From contig OZ024744.1 of the NCBI GenBank assembly GCA_964016885.1, forward strand, positions 17,422,001 to 17,486,000: DNA of 64,000 bases. The letters run 5' to 3'. The DNA is from Eledone cirrhosa. Lineage: Eukaryota. Position 1 is the first letter of the stretch, and each line of letters starts with the position of its first letter. The notes under the pieces were generated by a model. That model was given only the letters and a program-made list of their open reading frames with translations, was not told where the DNA came from and ran no database searches. Made by a program: the position numbers and the translations under genes. Below are positions 59,801 through 64,000 of this stretch, in pieces.

Positions 59801-62800
59801 CATCAGACATTGACGACAGGTTGATACTCATTGCTGACCTGTACACCATCAGACATTGACGACAGGTTAATACTCATTGCTGACTTGTACACCATCAGGT
59901 ATTGACGGCAGGTTGATACTCATTTCTGACCTGTACACCATCAGACATTGACGGCAGGTTGATACTCATTGCTGACCTGTACACCATCAGATATTGACGA
60001 CATGTTGATACTCATTGCTGACCTGTACACCATCAGACATTGACGGCAGGTTGATACTCATTGCTGACCTGTACACCATCAGTTATTGACGACAAGTTGA
60101 TACTCATTGCTGACCTGTACACCATCAGACGTTGACGGCAGGTTGATACTCATTGCTGACCTGTACACCATCAGATATTGACGGCAGGTTGATACTCATT
60201 GCTGACCTGTACACCATCAGGTATTGACGAAAGGTTGATACTCATTGCTGACCTGTACACCATAAGACATTGACGACAGGTTGATACTCATTGCTGACCT
60301 GTACACCATCAGACATTGACGGCAGGTTGATACTCTTTGCTGACCTGTACACCATCATATATTGACGGCAGGTTGATATTCATTGCTGACTTGTACCCCA
60401 TCAGACATTGACGACAGGTTGATACTCATTGCTAACCTGTACACCATCAGACATTGACGACAGGTTGATACTCATTGCTGACCTGTACACCATCAGACAT
60501 TGACGGCAGGTTGATACTCATTGCTGACCTGTACACCATCAGGTATTGACGGCAGGTTGATACTCATTGCTGACTTGTACACCATCAGATACTGACAACA
60601 GGTTGATACTCATTGCTGACCTGTACACCATCAAACTCTGACGGCAGGTTGATACTCATAGTTGACCTGTACACCATCAAGTATTGACGACAGGTTGATA
60701 CTCATTAGTGACCTGTACACCATCAGGTATTGACGGCAGGTTGATATCATTGCTAGCCTGTACACCATCAGACATTGACGACAGGTTGATACACATTGCT
60801 GACCTGTACACCATCAGATACTCACGATCGTTTGATAATCATTGCTGGCCTGTACACCATCAGGTATTGACGACAGGTTGGTACTCATTGCTGAGTTGTA
60901 CACCATCAGACATTGACGGCAGGTTGATACACATTGCTGACCTGTACACCATCAGATACTGACGACAGGTTGATACTCATTGCTGACCTGTACACCATCA
61001 GACATTGACGGCAGGTTGATACTCATTGCTTACATGTACACCATCAGACATTGACAGCAGGTTGATACTCATTGTTGACCAGTACACCATCAGATATTGA
61101 CGACAGGTTGATACTCATTAGTGACCTGTACACCATCAGGTATTGACGGCAGGTTGATACTCATTGCTGACCTGTACACCATCAGATACTGACGGCAGGT
61201 TGATACTCATTGCTGACCTGTACACCATCAGACATTGACGACAGGTTGATACTCATTGCTGACTTGTACACCATCAGATACTGACAACAGGTTGATACTC
61301 ATTGCTGACCTGTACACCATCAGACATTGACGGCAGGTTCATACTCATTGCTGACCTGTACACCATCAGGTATTGACGACAGGTTGATATCATTGCTAAC
61401 CTGTACACCATCAGACATTGACGACATGTTGATACTCATTGCTGACCTGTACACCATCAGACATTGACATCAGGTTGATACACATTGCTGACCTGTACAC
61501 CATCATACATTGACGACGGGTTGATACTCATTGCTGATCTGTACACCATCAGACATTGACGACAGGTTAATACTCATTGCTGACTTGTACACCATCAGAC
61601 ATTGACGGCAGGTTGATACTCATTGCTGACCTGTACACCATCAGATATTGACGGCAGGTTGATACTCATTGCTGACCTGTACACCATCAGATATTGACGA
61701 CATGTTGATACTCATTGCTGACCTGTACACCATCAGACATTGACGGCAGGTTGATACTCATTGCTGACCTGTACACCATCAGTTATTGACGACAAGTTGA
61801 TACTCATTGCTGACCTGTACACCATCAGATATTGACAGCAGGTTGATACTCATTGCTGACTTGTACACCATCAGACATTGACGGCAGTTTGATACTCATT
61901 GCTGACCTGTACACCATCAGACATTGACGGCAGGTTGATACTCATTGCTGACCTGTACACCATCAGACATTGACGGTAGGTTGATACTCATTGCTGAATT
62001 GTACACCATCAGATACTGACGACAGGTTGATACTCATTGCTGACCTGTACACCATCAGATATTGTTGACAGTTTGGTACTCATTGATGACCTGTACACCA
62101 TCAGATACTGACGACAGGTTGATACTCATTGCTGACCTGTACACCATCAGACATTGACCACAGGCTGGTATTCATTGCTGACCTGTACAGCATCAGATAC
62201 TGACGAAAGGTTGATACTCATTGCTGCCCTGTAAACCATCAAGTATTGACGGCAGGTTGATACTCATTGCTGACCTGTACACCATCAGACATTGACGGCA
62301 GGTTGGTACTCATTGCTGACCTATACACCATCAGACACTGACGGCAGGTTGATACTCATTGCTGACCTGTACACCATCAGATACTGACGACAGGTCGATA
62401 CTCATTGCTGACCTGTACACCATCAGACATTGATGACAGGTTGATACTCATTGCTGACCTGTACACCATCAGACATTGACGACAGGTTGATACTCATTGC
62501 TGACCTGTACACCATCAGACATTGACGACAGTTTGATACTCATTGCTGACCTGTACACCATCAGGTATTGACAGCAGGTTGATACTCATTGCTGACCTGT
62601 ACACCATCAGACATTGACGGCAGGTTGATACTCATTGCTGACCTGTACACCATCAGGTATTGACGACAGGTTGATATCATTGCTAACCTGTACACCATCA
62701 GACATTGACGACAGGTTGATACTCATTGCTGACCTGTACACCACCAGACATTGACGGCAGGTTGGTACTCATTGCTGACCTGTACACCATCAGATACTGA

Positions 62801-64000
62801 CGACAGCTTGATACTCATTGCTGACCTGTACACCATCAGACATTTACGGCAGGTTGATACTCATTGCTTACCTGTACACCATCAGACATTGACAGCAGGT
62901 TGATACGCATTGTTGACCAGTACACCATCAGATATTGACGACAGGTTGATACTCATTAGTGACCTGTACACCATCAGGTATTGACGGCAGGTTGATATCA
63001 TTGCTGACCTGTACACCATCAGATACTGAGGGCAGGTTGATACTCATTGCTGACCTGTACACCATCAGACATTGACGACAGGTTGATACTCATTGCTGAC
63101 TTGTACACCATCAGACATTGACGACAGGTTGATACTCATTGCTGACCTGTACACCATCAGACATTGACGGCAGGTTGATACTCATTGCTGACCTGTACAC
63201 CAGCAGGTATTGACGGCAGGTTGATACTCATTGCTGACCTGTACACCATCAGACATTGACGACAGGTTGATACTCATTGCTGACCTGTACACCATCAGAC
63301 ATTGACGGCAGGTTGATACACATTGCTGACCTGTACACCATCAGACATGGACGACAGGTTGATATCATTGCTAACCTGTACACCATCAGACATTGACGAC
63401 AGGTTGATACTCATTGCTGACCTGTACACCATCAGACATTGACAGCAGGTTGATACACATTGCTGACCTGTACACCATCATACATTGACGACGGGTTGAT
63501 ACTCATTGCTGACCTGTACACCATCAGACATTGACGGCAGGTTGATACTCATTGCTTACCTGTACACCATCAGACATTGACAGCAGGTTGATACTCATTG
63601 TTGACCAGTACACCATCAGATATTGACGACAGATTGATACTCATTAGTGACCTGTACACCATCAGGTATTGACGGCAGGTTGATACTCATTGCTGACCTG
63701 TACACCATCAGATACTGACGGCAGGTTGATACTCATTGCTGACCTGTACACCATCAGACATTGACGACAGGTTGATACTCATTGCTGACTTGTACACCAT
63801 CAGATACTGACAACAGGTTGATACTCATTGCTGACATGTACACCATCAGACACTGACGGCAGGTTGATACTCATTGCTGACCTGTACACCATCAGGTATT
63901 GGCGACAGGTTGATATCATTGCTAACCTGTACACCAGCAGACATTGACGACATGTTGATACTCATTGCTGACCTGTACACCATCAGACATTGACAGCAGG
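56885..64000. repeat. Non-adjacent duplication: ~56885-58074 recopied at ~62811-64000 (offset 5926), running off the window end
   Basis: CATTTACGGC at 56915/62841, TGAGGGC at 57101/63027, GGCGAC at 57975/63901. Confidence 0.9.

Larger units (their letters stand above)
1..64000. repeat. Tandem satellite/minisatellite array, 46-bp monomer, about 1,390 copies in one orientation, truncated by both window ends
   Basis: GGTTG restarts at 1, 47, 93 and onward (period 46). Every line matches the consensus GGTTGATACTCATTGCTGACCTGTACACCATCAGACATTGACG(A/G)CA with a few substitutions. Length variants seen are only 45 or 47 bp. Confidence 0.99.

Noticed and set aside
51703-60962. Five plus-strand ORFs as real CDS
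   Set aside because: They are copies of one repeat-variant cassette with non-ATG starts and no gene context. I kept them only as a low-interest finding.
1-64000. CRISPR array (conserved ~35 bp plus a variable ~10 bp segment)
   Set aside because: The variable segment is a few point variants of one sequence, reused hundreds of times. There are no unique spacers, leader or cas genes in the window.
1-64000. Rolling-circle amplification or sequencing artefact, or synthetic concatemer
   Set aside because: Variants are inherited in nested, ordered blocks with spatial domains, which random error or single-template amplification would not produce. The copy number of individual young duplications could still be misassembled.
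1-64000. Telomerase-type repeat, tRNA/5S array, integron attC array or plasmid iterons
   Set aside because: There is no G-rich strand bias, and block-wise inheritance of variants indicates recombinational growth. The unit is too short and unstructured for an RNA gene, and there are no cassettes or rep/integrase genes.

Overview
The whole 64 kb is one uninterrupted, head-to-tail tandem array of a 46-bp monomer, consensus GGTTGATACTCATTGCTGACCTGTACACCATCAGACATTGACGACA (about 46% GC, about 1,390 copies). I saw no unique DNA, inversion, transposon, RNA gene or credible protein gene, and both window ends lie inside the array. The listed ORFs are by-products of repeat variants. The informative structure is in the variant monomers: recurrent ordered cassettes of variants, nested tandem duplications whose lengths are whole multiples of 46 bp (after allowing for 1-bp indels), and left, middle and right domains with private variants. 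TGA is the only stop codon in the consensus on either strand. The best reading is a satellite or very long minisatellite with irregular higher-order structure, probably eukaryotic (inference). I do not recognise the family and cannot support a novel functional system from this sequence alone. Offsets were read by eye from marker variants, so block edges are approximate.
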